Notes: generated from the letters alone by a model not told the origin. A stretch of 64,000 nt of DNA from Candidatus Levybacteria bacterium RIFCSPLOWO2_02_FULL_37_18 (GCA_001784115.1 MFPD01000019.1:30244-94243), one strand, 5' to 3'. Positions 29,314 to 38,729 are shown, counted from the first letter of the stretch. Numbers and translations are program-made.

Positions 29314-30639
29314 TTAACGGCTTACAAGTAAAAAACTCGTCACATTATGTTCCAAATCCTGTAAATCAGAGTCAATGATTTCAAAATCATACATATCGCT
29401 TAACGTCCGAGGACCTAAAATTGCCGTAGTTTTTGACAGTTTACCTTCTGCTAAAAACTGTGCAGCCCTTGCGGTATCAATTAAATCTCCACTTCCGCTT
29501 TCTTGTTTTAGATTGGGATATTTTTGGGCTAAAGAACCTCTGCATTGTTTTAAATTCTGAGAATGAGCATGGATTGAAGTAATATCGCTTAGTAAAACAT
29601 CTTTTCGTTTCATTAAAAAATGTCTTATTACAATTTCCTGTTCTTCTATTATTTTAAATGTATACTTTGCCATGGCAATAACTGATTCAGTAACAATTCC
29701 TCCAACAGCATTGTGTGTTGCAAATAATCCAAAATCAATTGTCCCTTCGTGAAGATTTCTTAATACCTTTTCTGAAGTATACAAGAATTTTATCTTGTAT
29801 TTTTTAATAGCATGTTTTTGAATATAACGTTGTATTGCTTCATCGTTAAAACTCCCTTTTCCGCCCTGAATACCAAACGTGACAAATTTCGGATGCGCTT
29901 GTTTTGGCAATAGTCTGTTATACAATTTGTCGTAAGCTTGCCCTAGTTTTAATCGCATCTGTTTGGTAAAAGGATTATATTGCTGCAAATCAGAGAATAA
30001 CTGCCATGTGTCATTACACGTCTGATCCTTTACTTCATACAGTTTTTTTGCGCCCAGCGAATCAATTAAAGTCGGAGAAAAATTAACCTCCTCAAGAAGT
30101 CTTCCTATAAAATGAGTAAGACCTTGCGAGTTCGCTGCAATTCTATCATGCTCTAAAGCTGACATTTCTATAACATTTAGTTTTTTGCTCTCAAAATATT
30201 TCTTCCAAAAAGAGTATGTATCCGCTGAAGTCATGAACCTGTCAAGAATCATGGGTAGACCTTCAAATCCATTTTTTGCACTATCTGGTCCAAACATTGG
30301 ATGAGCAAGAAGTACCTGAGTTTTTGTATTTTTTAGATATTTATTGAGCACAAATAAAGGAAACATTTTTACAGACAAAACATCTATTAAAACATGATTG
30401 TGTTTAAAATATTTTTTGTGTGTCTTAATTACACTTTCGAAAGAAGAAATTGGCACACAGTAAAAAATTATTTCGCTTTCATAAATTTTGGAAATTGTTT
30501 TGGCAATTGTAATATTTCTATCGACCGAACTTAAATCTAGTGAACTTCTATTATAGATAGTAATAGAAAAATCATCTTTTAGGAGTCTATATAACGTTTT
30601 TCCAAATCTTCCAAATCCTATAATACTGACCTTCTTCAT
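29314..30639 (-). CDS. Prephenate dehydrogenase-prephenate dehydratase fusion
   Basis: N-terminal IIGFGRFG, DVLSVK, HPMFGP and HDR; C-terminal QGGKGSF, HSQNLKQC, DTARAA and QD...NVTSF. Confidence 0.87.
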   Translation of the reverse strand: MKKVSIIGFGRFGKTLYRLLKDDFSITIYNRSSLDLSSVDRNITIAKTISKIYESEIIFYCVPISSFESVIKTHKKYFKHNHVLIDVLSVKMFPLFVLNKYLKNTKTQVLLAHPMFGPDSAKNGFEGLPMILDRFMTSADTYSFWKKYFESKKLNVIEMSALEHDRIAANSQGLTHFIGRLLEEVNFSPTLIDSLGAKKLYEVKDQTCNDTWQLFSDLQQYNPFTKQMRLKLGQAYDKLYNRLLPKQAHPKFVTFGIQGGKGSFNDEAIQRYIQKHAIKKYKIKFLYTSEKVLRNLHEGTIDFGLFATHNAVGGIVTESVIAMAKYTFKIIEEQEIVIRHFLMKRKDVLLSDITSIHAHSQNLKQCRGSLAQKYPNLKQESGSGDLIDTARAAQFLAEGKLSKTTAILGPRTLSDMYDFEIIDSDLQDLEHNVTSFLLVSR

Positions 30640-30649
30640 ACATCTATAA

Positions 30650-30731
30650 TGTCATTGCGAGGAGACACGTCTGACGTGTTCGACGTGGCAATCCCCTGAA
30701 TAGAGATTGCTTCGCTTCGCTCGCAATGACA
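30650..30731. repeat. Family A doublet
   Basis: tgtcattgcgagg..(acacgtctgacgtgt)..ggcaatcc / gagattgcttcgcttcgctcgcaatgaca. Confidence 0.92.
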
Positions 30732-30733
30732 AT

Positions 30734-31003
30734 TTAACTCTTCCTTTCAATATCTAAAGACAAATTATGAATAACACCAAACAGTTTTTTAACAAATTCT
30801 GAAGGAAGATTCACTAATGTTCCTCTTAGTATTCGAGACGAAATAATCTCCTCCCATCTTTTTATATCTAAAGGATTTTCTCCCGATAATTTTTTTAGTC
30901 TGCCGATTTTTTTAACTGCCTCAAATCTTCTTGCCAAAATCTTAATGAGTTCCTCATCGATTTCATCTATTTCTTTTCGTATATCTTCTAAATCTTCATT
31001 CAT
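30734..31003 (-). CDS. Chorismate mutase (AroQ type)
   Basis: LEDIRKEIDEIDEELIKILARR...IGRLK pattern. Confidence 0.9.
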   Translation of the reverse strand: MNEDLEDIRKEIDEIDEELIKILARRFEAVKKIGRLKKLSGENPLDIKRWEEIISSRILRGTLVNLPSEFVKKLFGVIHNLSLDIERKS

Positions 31004-31011
31004 ACAGAGTC

Positions 31012-31078
31012 GTCATTGCGAGGAACTTGTGACGAAGCAATCTCACCAAGAGATTCCTTCGCTATCGCTCGCAGTTAC
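31012..31078. repeat. Family A doublet overlapping the aroC stop
   Basis: gtcattgcgaggaacttgtgacgaagcaatctc / gagattccttcgctatcgctcgcagttac. Confidence 0.9.
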
Positions 31079-32166
31079 AGGTAATCATAATTTTGGGCTT
31101 TGTGGCGTAAAAAATGATCCATAATTACCAATGCTGCCATTGCGTCAACAATCGGGACAGCCCGTGGCAAAACACAGGGATCATGTCTACCTGCTGCTTC
31201 AAGTTTTACTTCCTTTTTGTCTTTAGAAACAGTCAACTGCTCTTTTTTAATAGTTGAAACCGGCTTAAAAGCAACCCGAAAGTAAATTGTTTCTCCATTA
31301 GAAATCCCGCCCAAAACTCCTCCTGCATTATTGGTTTTTGTTCGTATCATAGAGTTTTCAAGATGGAATGGATCATTATGATTACTTCCTCGAAGCTTTG
31401 TCCCTTCAAAGCCTAAACCGATATCAAATCCTTTTACAGCGTTTATGGAAAGCATAGCTTTTCCTAAATCCGCATTAAGCTTATCAAACACGGGCTCACC
31501 TAAACCTACGGGTACATTTTTAATAACTCCCCTTACTACTCCGCCAATAGAATCTCCTTCTGATTTGACCTCCTCAATGAGCTTAATCATTTCCTCTGCA
31601 ACTTTGTGGTCAGGACACCTGACAATGTTTGATTCGATTTCTTCCATCGTAACCAAATTAAAATAAATATCAGTCTTAATCTGCCCAACTTGTTCCACAA
31701 AACTAAAAATTTCTACCCCAAGTTTTTCTTTTAAATATTTTTTTGCAATAGCCCCAGCAGCAACTCTGGCTAACGTTTCCCGTGCGGAAGCCCTACCGGA
31801 ACCATGCCAATCTCTAAAACCGTACTTTTTGGTATAGGTAAAATCTGCATGCCCAGGTCTAAATACATCTTTGATTTCCTGATACTCTTCAGGCCGAACG
31901 TCTTTGTTATAAGCCAAAAGTAAAATTGGCGTGCCAGTTGTTTTACCCTCAAAAACTCCTGACATTATTTTTATTTCATCTTCTTCTTTTCGGGGAGTTG
32001 TAATAGAAGATTGTCCCGGTTTTCTTCTGTCTAACTCTTTTTGAATTTCTTCTTCAGAAATTTTAATTCCAGGAGGGCAGCCGTCAACCACGCAACCAAC
32101 CACCCCGCCGTGGGATTCGCCAAACGTTGTAATCCTAAATAAATGTCCAAATGTATTTCCGGCCAT
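31075..32166 (-). CDS. aroC: Chorismate synthase
   Basis: TFGESHG, RPGHAD, SARET, GGISNG and GRHDPC motifs; start moved to ATG 32166 because the ORF-track start lies in a repeat. Confidence 0.97.
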   Translation of the reverse strand: MAGNTFGHLFRITTFGESHGGVVGCVVDGCPPGIKISEEEIQKELDRRKPGQSSITTPRKEEDEIKIMSGVFEGKTTGTPILLLAYNKDVRPEEYQEIKDVFRPGHADFTYTKKYGFRDWHGSGRASARETLARVAAGAIAKKYLKEKLGVEIFSFVEQVGQIKTDIYFNLVTMEEIESNIVRCPDHKVAEEMIKLIEEVKSEGDSIGGVVRGVIKNVPVGLGEPVFDKLNADLGKAMLSINAVKGFDIGLGFEGTKLRGSNHNDPFHLENSMIRTKTNNAGGVLGGISNGETIYFRVAFKPVSTIKKEQLTVSKDKKEVKLEAAGRHDPCVLPRAVPIVDAMAALVIMDHFLRHKAQNYDYL

Positions 32167-32181
32167 AAGATTTCTCTTTTC

Positions 32182-32237
32182 TGTCATCCCGGGCTTGACC
32201 CGGGATCAATAGATTCTGAATCAAGTTCAGAATGACA
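32182..32237. repeat. Hybrid doublet of GTCAT elements
   Basis: tgtcatcccgggcttgacccgggatc, aat, agattctgaatcaagttcagaatgaca. Confidence 0.92.
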
Positions 32238-32909
32238 TTATAATAACTCAAATATTTTCTCCAATTGTTTTTTTGTGAGCTGACCTTCTGCCGACTCTTC
32301 TGATTTTGTAATCGGCGCAAAAATCATTTCATTACCCCATATCGAACCGAAAATTCTCGTTACCATTCCAAAATTTCCCATTCCCAAAATAATGCACTTT
32401 ACATGTTTTTCTTTCATTGCCAAAAGCAACTCCAAAAGTCTTAATGCATCTTTTTGACTATTACACTTTGTTGCGATTTTAAAAATCGCAGGGGTGTATT
32501 GCTTCATTGTATCAAGAATTGCATAAAGCTTCTCATCTTCCGGAGTTTGGTCATAGTTATGATAAGAAATAATAGTTTTAATTTTAAGATCATTAGCTCT
32601 AATATACTCAAGCTCTTCTTTCTGATTAAATATATCTAAATCGAGTAGTGCTAAACTGTTGTTTAACAGAGAAATAATCTCTTGTCTTTTTTTTGAATTT
32701 AATTGAACTGCTTCCAGATTTTTTCTCCGGAAAACTAAAATAAGTTTTTCTCCCATTTGATCCGCTAGTTGTTTTACAAGCTCAACGTCAAGGTCTTTTA
32801 TATAATCCAACCACAGTTCAAAATAAGAATAATCTTGATTATTTTTAATAATCGCCACAATCTTCTCTTTTTTGTTTTTTACAATTGGCAGACAATAACG
32901 TATGTTCAT
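32238..32909 (-). CDS. aroD: Type I 3-dehydroquinate dehydratase
   Basis: ELWLD, ISYHNY (His), FKIAT (Schiff-base Lys), MG...R and SAEGQ motifs. Confidence 0.88.
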   Translation of the reverse strand: MNIRYCLPIVKNKKEKIVAIIKNNQDYSYFELWLDYIKDLDVELVKQLADQMGEKLILVFRRKNLEAVQLNSKKRQEIISLLNNSLALLDLDIFNQKEELEYIRANDLKIKTIISYHNYDQTPEDEKLYAILDTMKQYTPAIFKIATKCNSQKDALRLLELLLAMKEKHVKCIILGMGNFGMVTRIFGSIWGNEMIFAPITKSEESAEGQLTKKQLEKIFELL

Positions 32910-33721
32910 ACGTTTTTAAGAATAGCTTTTCTCATTGCTTCAACTGGCGCGTCAAAGCCTGTATATAATCTAAACTGTTGAGCACCCTGGTATAAAAGCA
33001 TTTCATATCCTAAGATTACTTGTGCGCCTTTTTCTTTGGCGTCTTTGATTAATCTTGTTTCTTTTGGGGTGTAAATAATATCAAACACAATGTGATCCTT
33101 ATTTAAGAACTTTTTATCAATTGGACTTTTATCTTCGTTCATACCAACAGAAGTAGCATTAATGAGTATATCCATATCTAAAACTTGTTCTAAAGAATCT
33201 AAGCCGCAGGCTCCACATGCAAATTCTTCAGCTAATGTATTTGCGTTTTTTAAAGATCTATTAAATAGAGTAATTATCGAACCTTTTTTCTTTAATCCAT
33301 AAATAATTGCCCGTGCAGCACCGCCTGCGCCCAAGAGTCCAACTCGTTTATTTTTTAGCTCTGTTTTTTTTTCTAGCGGAATCAGAGCACCTAACCAATC
33401 TGTGTTATATCCTTTTAATGCTCCGTTATCGTTTACAACAGTATTTACAGCGCCTATTTTCCTTGCAGTTTCATCAACCGTATCCATATATTTCATAATT
33501 TCAATTTTATGAGGAAGTGTTGCGCTTACTCCGGCTATCCCCATTGCTCTAACTCCCTTTATAAAATCGCTCATGTCTCTTATTTTTACATCGCAAGCAA
33601 CAAACACAAGCTCACTATCAATTCCCAAAGTTTTCAGTCCCGCATTGTGCATCTGAGGAGACAGCGAATGACCTATGGGATCACCAATTACCATACATAT
33701 TTTTGTTTTTGCAGTAATCAT
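32906..33721 (-). CDS. aroE: Shikimate dehydrogenase
   Basis: HSLSPQMHN, TLPHK, GAVNT, NTD, GAGGAARA and MLLYQG motifs. Confidence 0.96.
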   Translation of the reverse strand: MITAKTKICMVIGDPIGHSLSPQMHNAGLKTLGIDSELVFVACDVKIRDMSDFIKGVRAMGIAGVSATLPHKIEIMKYMDTVDETARKIGAVNTVVNDNGALKGYNTDWLGALIPLEKKTELKNKRVGLLGAGGAARAIIYGLKKKGSIITLFNRSLKNANTLAEEFACGACGLDSLEQVLDMDILINATSVGMNEDKSPIDKKFLNKDHIVFDIIYTPKETRLIKDAKEKGAQVILGYEMLLYQGAQQFRLYTGFDAPVEAMRKAILKNV

Positions 33722-35607
33722 AGTTTTAACAAAATCTCTTCAACAACTTCCTTAGGGCTTAATGTATCTGTTGCTATTATTTCATCTGCTGCCTGTCCAT
33801 ACAAGGTTTTTCGCTGTTTAAGAACCTCTCTTATTTCTTCTTTTCTGTTTTTTTTATTGGTTAAAAAGGGCCTATTTTTGGTATTGCCGGTTCTTTTTAC
33901 TAATGTTTCAACAGAAGCATCAAGCAAAACTAATGTGCCGCTTTTTTTAAGTGTGCTTACACTTTCTGTGTTAATAACAACTCCACCGCCCGTTGAAATA
34001 ATTGTATCAGAATATACGGCAACTTCTTTAACAACATCTGATTCTACTTTTCTAAAATAAGCCCATCCGTATTTTTCAACTATTAGAGCTATTGGCATAC
34101 CGACTTTTTTTGCCAACATCTCATCGAGTTCTATATGATTTTTTTGTAGTTTTTCCGCTAGCAGCTTTGCCACAGTTGTTTTACCGCTTCCCCGCATACC
34201 GATTAAAACAATATTTCTCCTCTTGTCGTTGCGATCCCGCTCAGCGGGAAAAGCAATCTCTGCGAGCTTCATCCAAAAATCAGGAAATGTTTTATTAACT
34301 ACCAAAGGGTTTTGTATTTCCATTCCCGAAAGCCTTGCACCGGCAACGGCAAAAGCCATTGCCATTCTATGATCTCCGTATGTTTCAATAGAAGCAGACT
34401 TTGGATTTCCTCCGTAAATTGTTAGAGTTGAATTGCTAGAGTCAGTTTTAATTCCCATTTTTTTTAATTCGTTTTTAATTGCCAAAAGCCGGTCTGTTTC
34501 TTTGATTTTAAGACTTTTAACACCGTGTATAATTGTAGTTCCATTTGCAAATGCGGCCAAAACCGAAAGGGTCATAACTTGATCCGGACAATTTTCCATA
34601 TTAACGTTTATAGGTCTTATTTTCCCCGAGCCTTTAACTGTCACTGCATTTTTTTTATACAATATTTTATTTCCCATTTTCTCTAAAATCTGCAAAAACT
34701 CTCTGTCAGCTTGCAAAGAATATGGATTAAGATTTTGGATTGTGATTGTTGAACCGGTCAAAGCAGCAATTGCAAAAAAATAAGAAGCGCTGGAAAAATC
34801 TCCTTCAACAGAATATTCTTTCCCGTTATATTTTTGTTTAAACATTTTATAACTTTTGTAGTTATTGTTAATTACGTTTGCTCCAAACTGTTTCATGGTA
34901 TCAATAGTCATATCAATATACTGCTTTGAAATTTGATCCCCCAAAACTTCAATCTCAACACTCCCTACTTTCGGAGCAATCATAAGCAAACTTGAAATAA
35001 ATTGACTACTAACTGATCCTTTTATTTTTACTGTTCCTTCGTTTAGTTTTGAACTTAAAATTTTAACCGGCGGATATCCTTTTTTACCAAGATATTCTAT
35101 TTTTGCACCCATTTGAATTAGGGCATCAACCAAATCTCCAATTGGACGATTGTTAAGTCCTTCTTCTCCAGATACTGTTTTAACTCCGGGAATAATGCAT
35201 GCAAGGGCTAAGATAAACCTCATGGTTGTTCCCGAAAGTCTAGCACTCAAAGAGTACGATTGATTATTCGCCTTGTTGTCATCCCGAACTCGCTTCAGCC
35301 GCGTTTGACGCGGTTTCGGCATCTCTTGTTTCAGCATTTTAGATCCTGAAATACCTTGCCTGCCGGCAGGCAGGAATTCAGGATAACCGGGAAAGATCTC
35401 TATGTAGTTATTTCCTACATGAACATTTACTCCCAGCGCTCTCAAACATCTTATCATCGCCTCCGTGTCTTCACTTACCAAAGGATTGATAATCGTAACC
35501 TTCTTTTCCGTCAAAGCAGCCAAAAATAAAGCTCTATTGGTGTAGCTTTTTGAGCCCGGTATGTCTATGGTTTTTGCAACTGGTTGTTGTAATGGAATAA
35601 TTTTCAT
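33718..35607 (-). CDS. aroA: EPSP synthase-shikimate kinase fusion (AroA-AroK)
   Basis: PGSKSYTNRA, SGTTMRF, SSQFIS, KETDR and DHRMAM motifs, then GMRGSGKTT, GGG and RP of AroK. Confidence 0.95.
   Translation of the reverse strand: MKIIPLQQPVAKTIDIPGSKSYTNRALFLAALTEKKVTIINPLVSEDTEAMIRCLRALGVNVHVGNNYIEIFPGYPEFLPAGRQGISGSKMLKQEMPKPRQTRLKRVRDDNKANNQSYSLSARLSGTTMRFILALACIIPGVKTVSGEEGLNNRPIGDLVDALIQMGAKIEYLGKKGYPPVKILSSKLNEGTVKIKGSVSSQFISSLLMIAPKVGSVEIEVLGDQISKQYIDMTIDTMKQFGANVINNNYKSYKMFKQKYNGKEYSVEGDFSSASYFFAIAALTGSTITIQNLNPYSLQADREFLQILEKMGNKILYKKNAVTVKGSGKIRPINVNMENCPDQVMTLSVLAAFANGTTIIHGVKSLKIKETDRLLAIKNELKKMGIKTDSSNSTLTIYGGNPKSASIETYGDHRMAMAFAVAGARLSGMEIQNPLVVNKTFPDFWMKLAEIAFPAERDRNDKRRNIVLIGMRGSGKTTVAKLLAEKLQKNHIELDEMLAKKVGMPIALIVEKYGWAYFRKVESDVVKEVAVYSDTIISTGGGVVINTESVSTLKKSGTLVLLDASVETLVKRTGNTKNRPFLTNKKNRKEEIREVLKQRKTLYGQAADEIIATDTLSPKEVVEEILLKL
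34224..34260. repeat. Family A half-element forming the AroA-AroK linker
   Basis: tgtcgttgcgatcccgctcagcgggaaaagcaatctc; encodes EIAFPAERDRND. Confidence 0.8.
35277..35387. repeat. Composite palindromic element inserted in frame in aroA
   Basis: Family B arms plus ccgcgtttgacgcgg (35299-35313) and (c)ttgcctgccggcaggcagg (35355-35374). Confidence 0.9.
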
Positions 35608-35613
35608 ATTGTT

Positions 35614-36690
35614 TCAGGAAGCAACAAATTCCAAAGCTTTTTTTATGTTTTGATCAGATACTTCCTGCCCGGTCTGACACGTTCCAATACCAGAAAGAAG
35701 GGTAAAATACACAATTCCTCTTTCACTTTTTTTATCCGATTTAATTTTTTCCATTACTTTTTTATGATCAATATTCTGTGCTTTTGTCGGCAATCCTGCA
35801 TGCTCTAAAGCCTTTGTTATAGTTTCTAAATCCTCCTGTTTTAATATATTTTTCAGAACTGAAATCTTTCCTTCTGCAATCATACCAATACTTACAGCTT
35901 CCCCATGAAGCAACGGACTTCCTGACTCTAAACTCAAACTTTCCAAAGCATGACCAATGGTATGGCCAAAGTTAACGAGCCTTCGCCTATCTTTTTCTGT
36001 TACATCTTCTTCAACAATACATTTTTTTATTTCGATTGAACCACTAACGACTTTACTTAATTCTTTTTGACTAAACTCCTTTGGTTTTTTTGAAGTTACA
36101 AAATTAAAATAACTCCTATCTGCAATTGCACCGTGTTTGATAACCTCACCAAATCCTTCCGTAAGTATTCGGTCGGAAAGGGATTCTAGAACAGAAACAT
36201 CACACATAACCCCAATTGGCTGTCTAAAAACACCAATAAGATTTTTAACTCCCAAAAAATTAATTCCTGTTTTTCCGCCTATTGATGAGTCAACTTGAGC
36301 AAGCAAAGTAGTTGGAATTTGTAAGAAATCCAGTCCCCTCATGAATGTACTGGCCGCAAATCCACCCATATCTCCAATTACCCCTCCGCCAATATTAATA
36401 ACCAAAGATTTTCTGTCGCAACCAATTTCGAGCAACTGCCTCCATATTTCCAAAATGCACGTAATACTCTTTGCCCTTTCACCGCAAGGGATAATAATTG
36501 TTGAGATGTTTTGGGGAAAATACGGCACGATCTTTTTAAGAAATAAATTCTCAATGTGCGTATCTGTAATTACCACAATTTTAGAATAGGAATACAAATC
36601 AAACTTAGTAATTGCATCAAGAATTCCGCTTCCAACAAAAATTGGATATGATTTCTTATCTGATGCAATATTTATTTGTATCTTTCTCAT
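35614..36690 (-). CDS. aroB: 3-dehydroquinate synthase
   Basis: GGGVIGD, PTTLLAQVDSSIGGKT, NFGHTIGHA and HGEAV motifs. Confidence 0.96.
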   Translation of the reverse strand: MRKIQINIASDKKSYPIFVGSGILDAITKFDLYSYSKIVVITDTHIENLFLKKIVPYFPQNISTIIIPCGERAKSITCILEIWRQLLEIGCDRKSLVINIGGGVIGDMGGFAASTFMRGLDFLQIPTTLLAQVDSSIGGKTGINFLGVKNLIGVFRQPIGVMCDVSVLESLSDRILTEGFGEVIKHGAIADRSYFNFVTSKKPKEFSQKELSKVVSGSIEIKKCIVEEDVTEKDRRRLVNFGHTIGHALESLSLESGSPLLHGEAVSIGMIAEGKISVLKNILKQEDLETITKALEHAGLPTKAQNIDHKKVMEKIKSDKKSERGIVYFTLLSGIGTCQTGQEVSDQNIKKALEFVAS

Positions 36691-37520
36691 GTTTTAAAAG
36701 GCAAATGCATTGTAGCTCCCCCAAAACCATGAACCAGTTTTGCCCGTTTTACTCTTTTTTTATACAGGCTTTTTAAAAGTCTTCTAAATTGCGACCAGGC
36801 AAGTTGTTGGATCGCGTCAGATAGAGCTTTTTTTGGATTTGGATGGACTTCGACTAGAAACCCATCAAACTCATGCTCATTTGCTTCATGTGTAATTTTT
36901 ATGACTTTTTCGATACTTCCACCTGTGTGGGAAGGGTCAAAAATCATGGCAAGTCCGGTTTTTTCCTTCATTCGCATTGCCATATTATAGTCCGGAACAT
37001 TTCTGTATCCTTGCGGATTATCACCAATTGGCGCAAATCCTCTGTGACAGAGAATAAGATGTGACTTTTTTATTCCACCGGATAAACAGTGTTCTACGAT
37101 TCCTTCCCAATGCTTTTCATTGTGCCATATCTGGTTTTTTACCATAAGAACAGTGCGCGGATTTCTTGCTGCAATCCTGGAAACTTCCCTTTGAATGTAG
37201 TGGTTTTGGTTTCTGGCTCCTATCCAAAGCATACATTTTCCGTTTTTTGTAGCAGTCATCACTGCGTCCATGGCTAGTTTTGCATGCTCAGGAATCATAG
37301 GCTCAACTGCTGGATTCACACCCATCTTGGCTGCCTCAACTAAAAGCTTTATTCCTTCTTCTCCAATTCCCTCAAATCCTGGCTTTGTCCGTGGTTTCCA
37401 TAGGCTGAGCCGAACGTACTCTACTCCAATTTTTTTTGCCTGTTTAACGGTTTCTAAAACCTGATCGCGCGACTCAACTGCGCATGGGCCTACGATGAGC
37501 ATTTTTTTAGGTATCTTCAT
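36687..37520 (-). CDS. aroF: DAHP synthase, type I-beta, without regulatory domain
   Basis: GPCAVES, WKPRT, WIGARN, CHRGF, DPSH and EVHP..ALSD motifs. Confidence 0.88.
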   Translation of the reverse strand: MKIPKKMLIVGPCAVESRDQVLETVKQAKKIGVEYVRLSLWKPRTKPGFEGIGEEGIKLLVEAAKMGVNPAVEPMIPEHAKLAMDAVMTATKNGKCMLWIGARNQNHYIQREVSRIAARNPRTVLMVKNQIWHNEKHWEGIVEHCLSGGIKKSHLILCHRGFAPIGDNPQGYRNVPDYNMAMRMKEKTGLAMIFDPSHTGGSIEKVIKITHEANEHEFDGFLVEVHPNPKKALSDAIQQLAWSQFRRLLKSLYKKRVKRAKLVHGFGGATMHLPFKT

Positions 37521-37526
37521 ATGTAT

Positions 37527-37554
37527 AAAAAAACAAAAACTCCCTTCAGGGAGC
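37527..37554 (-). terminator. Attenuator terminator of the aro operon
   Basis: GCTCCC-TGAA-GGGAGT followed by TTTTGTTTTTTT immediately upstream of aroF. Confidence 0.85.
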
Positions 37555-37587
37555 TAGCTTGGTCTATTCGTAATTGGTTTTACGACG

Positions 37588-37653
37588 TCAACAAGCCCTC
37601 CCTTCGGAGTTTATAAAATAAAACCAAAAATAAGCTTCGCGACTTATAATCAC
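37588..37653 (-). CDS. Aromatic-rich attenuator leader peptide MIISREAYFWFYFINSEGRAC
   Basis: GTG at 37653 to TGA at 37588; six consecutive Tyr/Phe/Trp codons; overlapping alternative hairpins. Confidence 0.82.
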   Translation of the reverse strand: MIISREAYFWFYFINSEGRAC

Positions 37654-37664
37654 ACTATAGGTAT

Positions 37665-37694
37665 AGTATACAAAACTCTTTACTCTAAAGTCAA
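37665..37694 (-). promoter_or_regulatory. sigma70 promoter of the aro leader
   Basis: TTGACT, 18 bp, TATACT. Confidence 0.65.
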
Positions 37695-37737
37695 ATTAGT
37701 ATTTTCATAAATAACTGTTCACAGTTCTAATACAGAC

Positions 37738-37835
37738 TGTCATGCTGGAGTGTAAACGATAGCATCTAATTTTGGGAGGTGGTTCTTCGACCTGCCTGCC
37801 GGCAGGCAGGTCGGCCTTAAGCCTCAAGAATGACA
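37738..37835. repeat. GTCAT doublet with a nested 26-bp perfect palindrome
   Basis: tgtcatgctggag...agcatct ... cgacctgcctgccggcaggcaggtcg (37788-37813) ... aagaatgaca. Confidence 0.85.
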
Positions 37836-37917
37836 AGTTTATGTCAAAGGAGTAAACAGTTACCTTTATCTTTGACACCCTTGGGGTGGAAACGAAGCTG
37901 CACCCGCGGATTTTATG

Positions 37918-38709
37918 TTATTTTGAATCTAAATTCTTCATAAATTGTACAACGTTTTTTGAGATTTCAGATGGTTTTGAGAAGTTGATAATGTTAATAA
38001 TTGCGCTGCCTATTACAGCGATATCTGCATGTTTTTTAAGCGCTTTAACATGTTCTTTTTTGGAGATTCCAAAACCCACTGCAAGTGGAATAGAAAAATG
38101 TGAACGTACTTTTTTGAGGTATGAACTTAATTCTGGGTTCAATTCTTCTTTCACTCCTGTTATTCCCTGTCTGGCTGTACAATACACAAATCCTTTGGCG
38201 ATTTTTGCATTTTTTCGCAAACGTTGCTCTGTGGAAGCCGGAGAAATCACTTGAATGTTGTATAGATTAAACGTTTTACTATAAGCATAGAACTTTTCAT
38301 TTCCCTCTTCATCAATTGACATATCCGGAACAATAAGTCCAGAAATTCCTGCAGCTTTTGAATCTTTTATAAACTGTTTAATTCCGTACTTAAACACAGT
38401 ATTATAATACGCCATAAATAAAAGCGAAATAGAAACTTGAGAACTTAAATCTTTGGCAATCTTGAAGCAGTCTCTAACTTTTGTTCCATTATTCAAAGAT
38501 TTCTCGCATGCTTTCATAATTGTTGGCCCATCAGCCAAAGGATCGGAAAAAGGAATTTGAAGCTCGACAAAATCAGCTCCGCATTCTGCCATGGTTTTTA
38601 CTATTTGGACAGTTTTTTCAAGCGTCGGATATCCAACCACAACATGAGTCATGATTCCTAGCTTCTTATTTTTCTTGATTTCTGACAGTTTTTGATCAAT
38701 AGAGTTCAT
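37918..38709 (-). CDS. trpA: Tryptophan synthase alpha chain
   Basis: ELQIPFSDPLADGPTI, GITG, VGFGI and IGSA motifs. Confidence 0.97.
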   Translation of the reverse strand: MNSIDQKLSEIKKNKKLGIMTHVVVGYPTLEKTVQIVKTMAECGADFVELQIPFSDPLADGPTIMKACEKSLNNGTKVRDCFKIAKDLSSQVSISLLFMAYYNTVFKYGIKQFIKDSKAAGISGLIVPDMSIDEEGNEKFYAYSKTFNLYNIQVISPASTEQRLRKNAKIAKGFVYCTARQGITGVKEELNPELSSYLKKVRSHFSIPLAVGFGISKKEHVKALKKHADIAVIGSAIINIINFSKPSEISKNVVQFMKNLDSK

Positions 38710-38729
38710 ATTTTATTGAATCATGTTGT

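Noticed and set aside
32167-32187. N-terminal extensions of aroC (MTEKRNL) and of the GT4 at 57985 (MTLT)
   Set aside because: These ATGs come from the ATGAC end of repeat elements; downstream ATGs match the family N-termini
32135-32320. 61-aa ORF containing [18 protein letters not shown], and the ORF at 57975-58190
   Set aside because: Translations of repeat elements overlapping real genes
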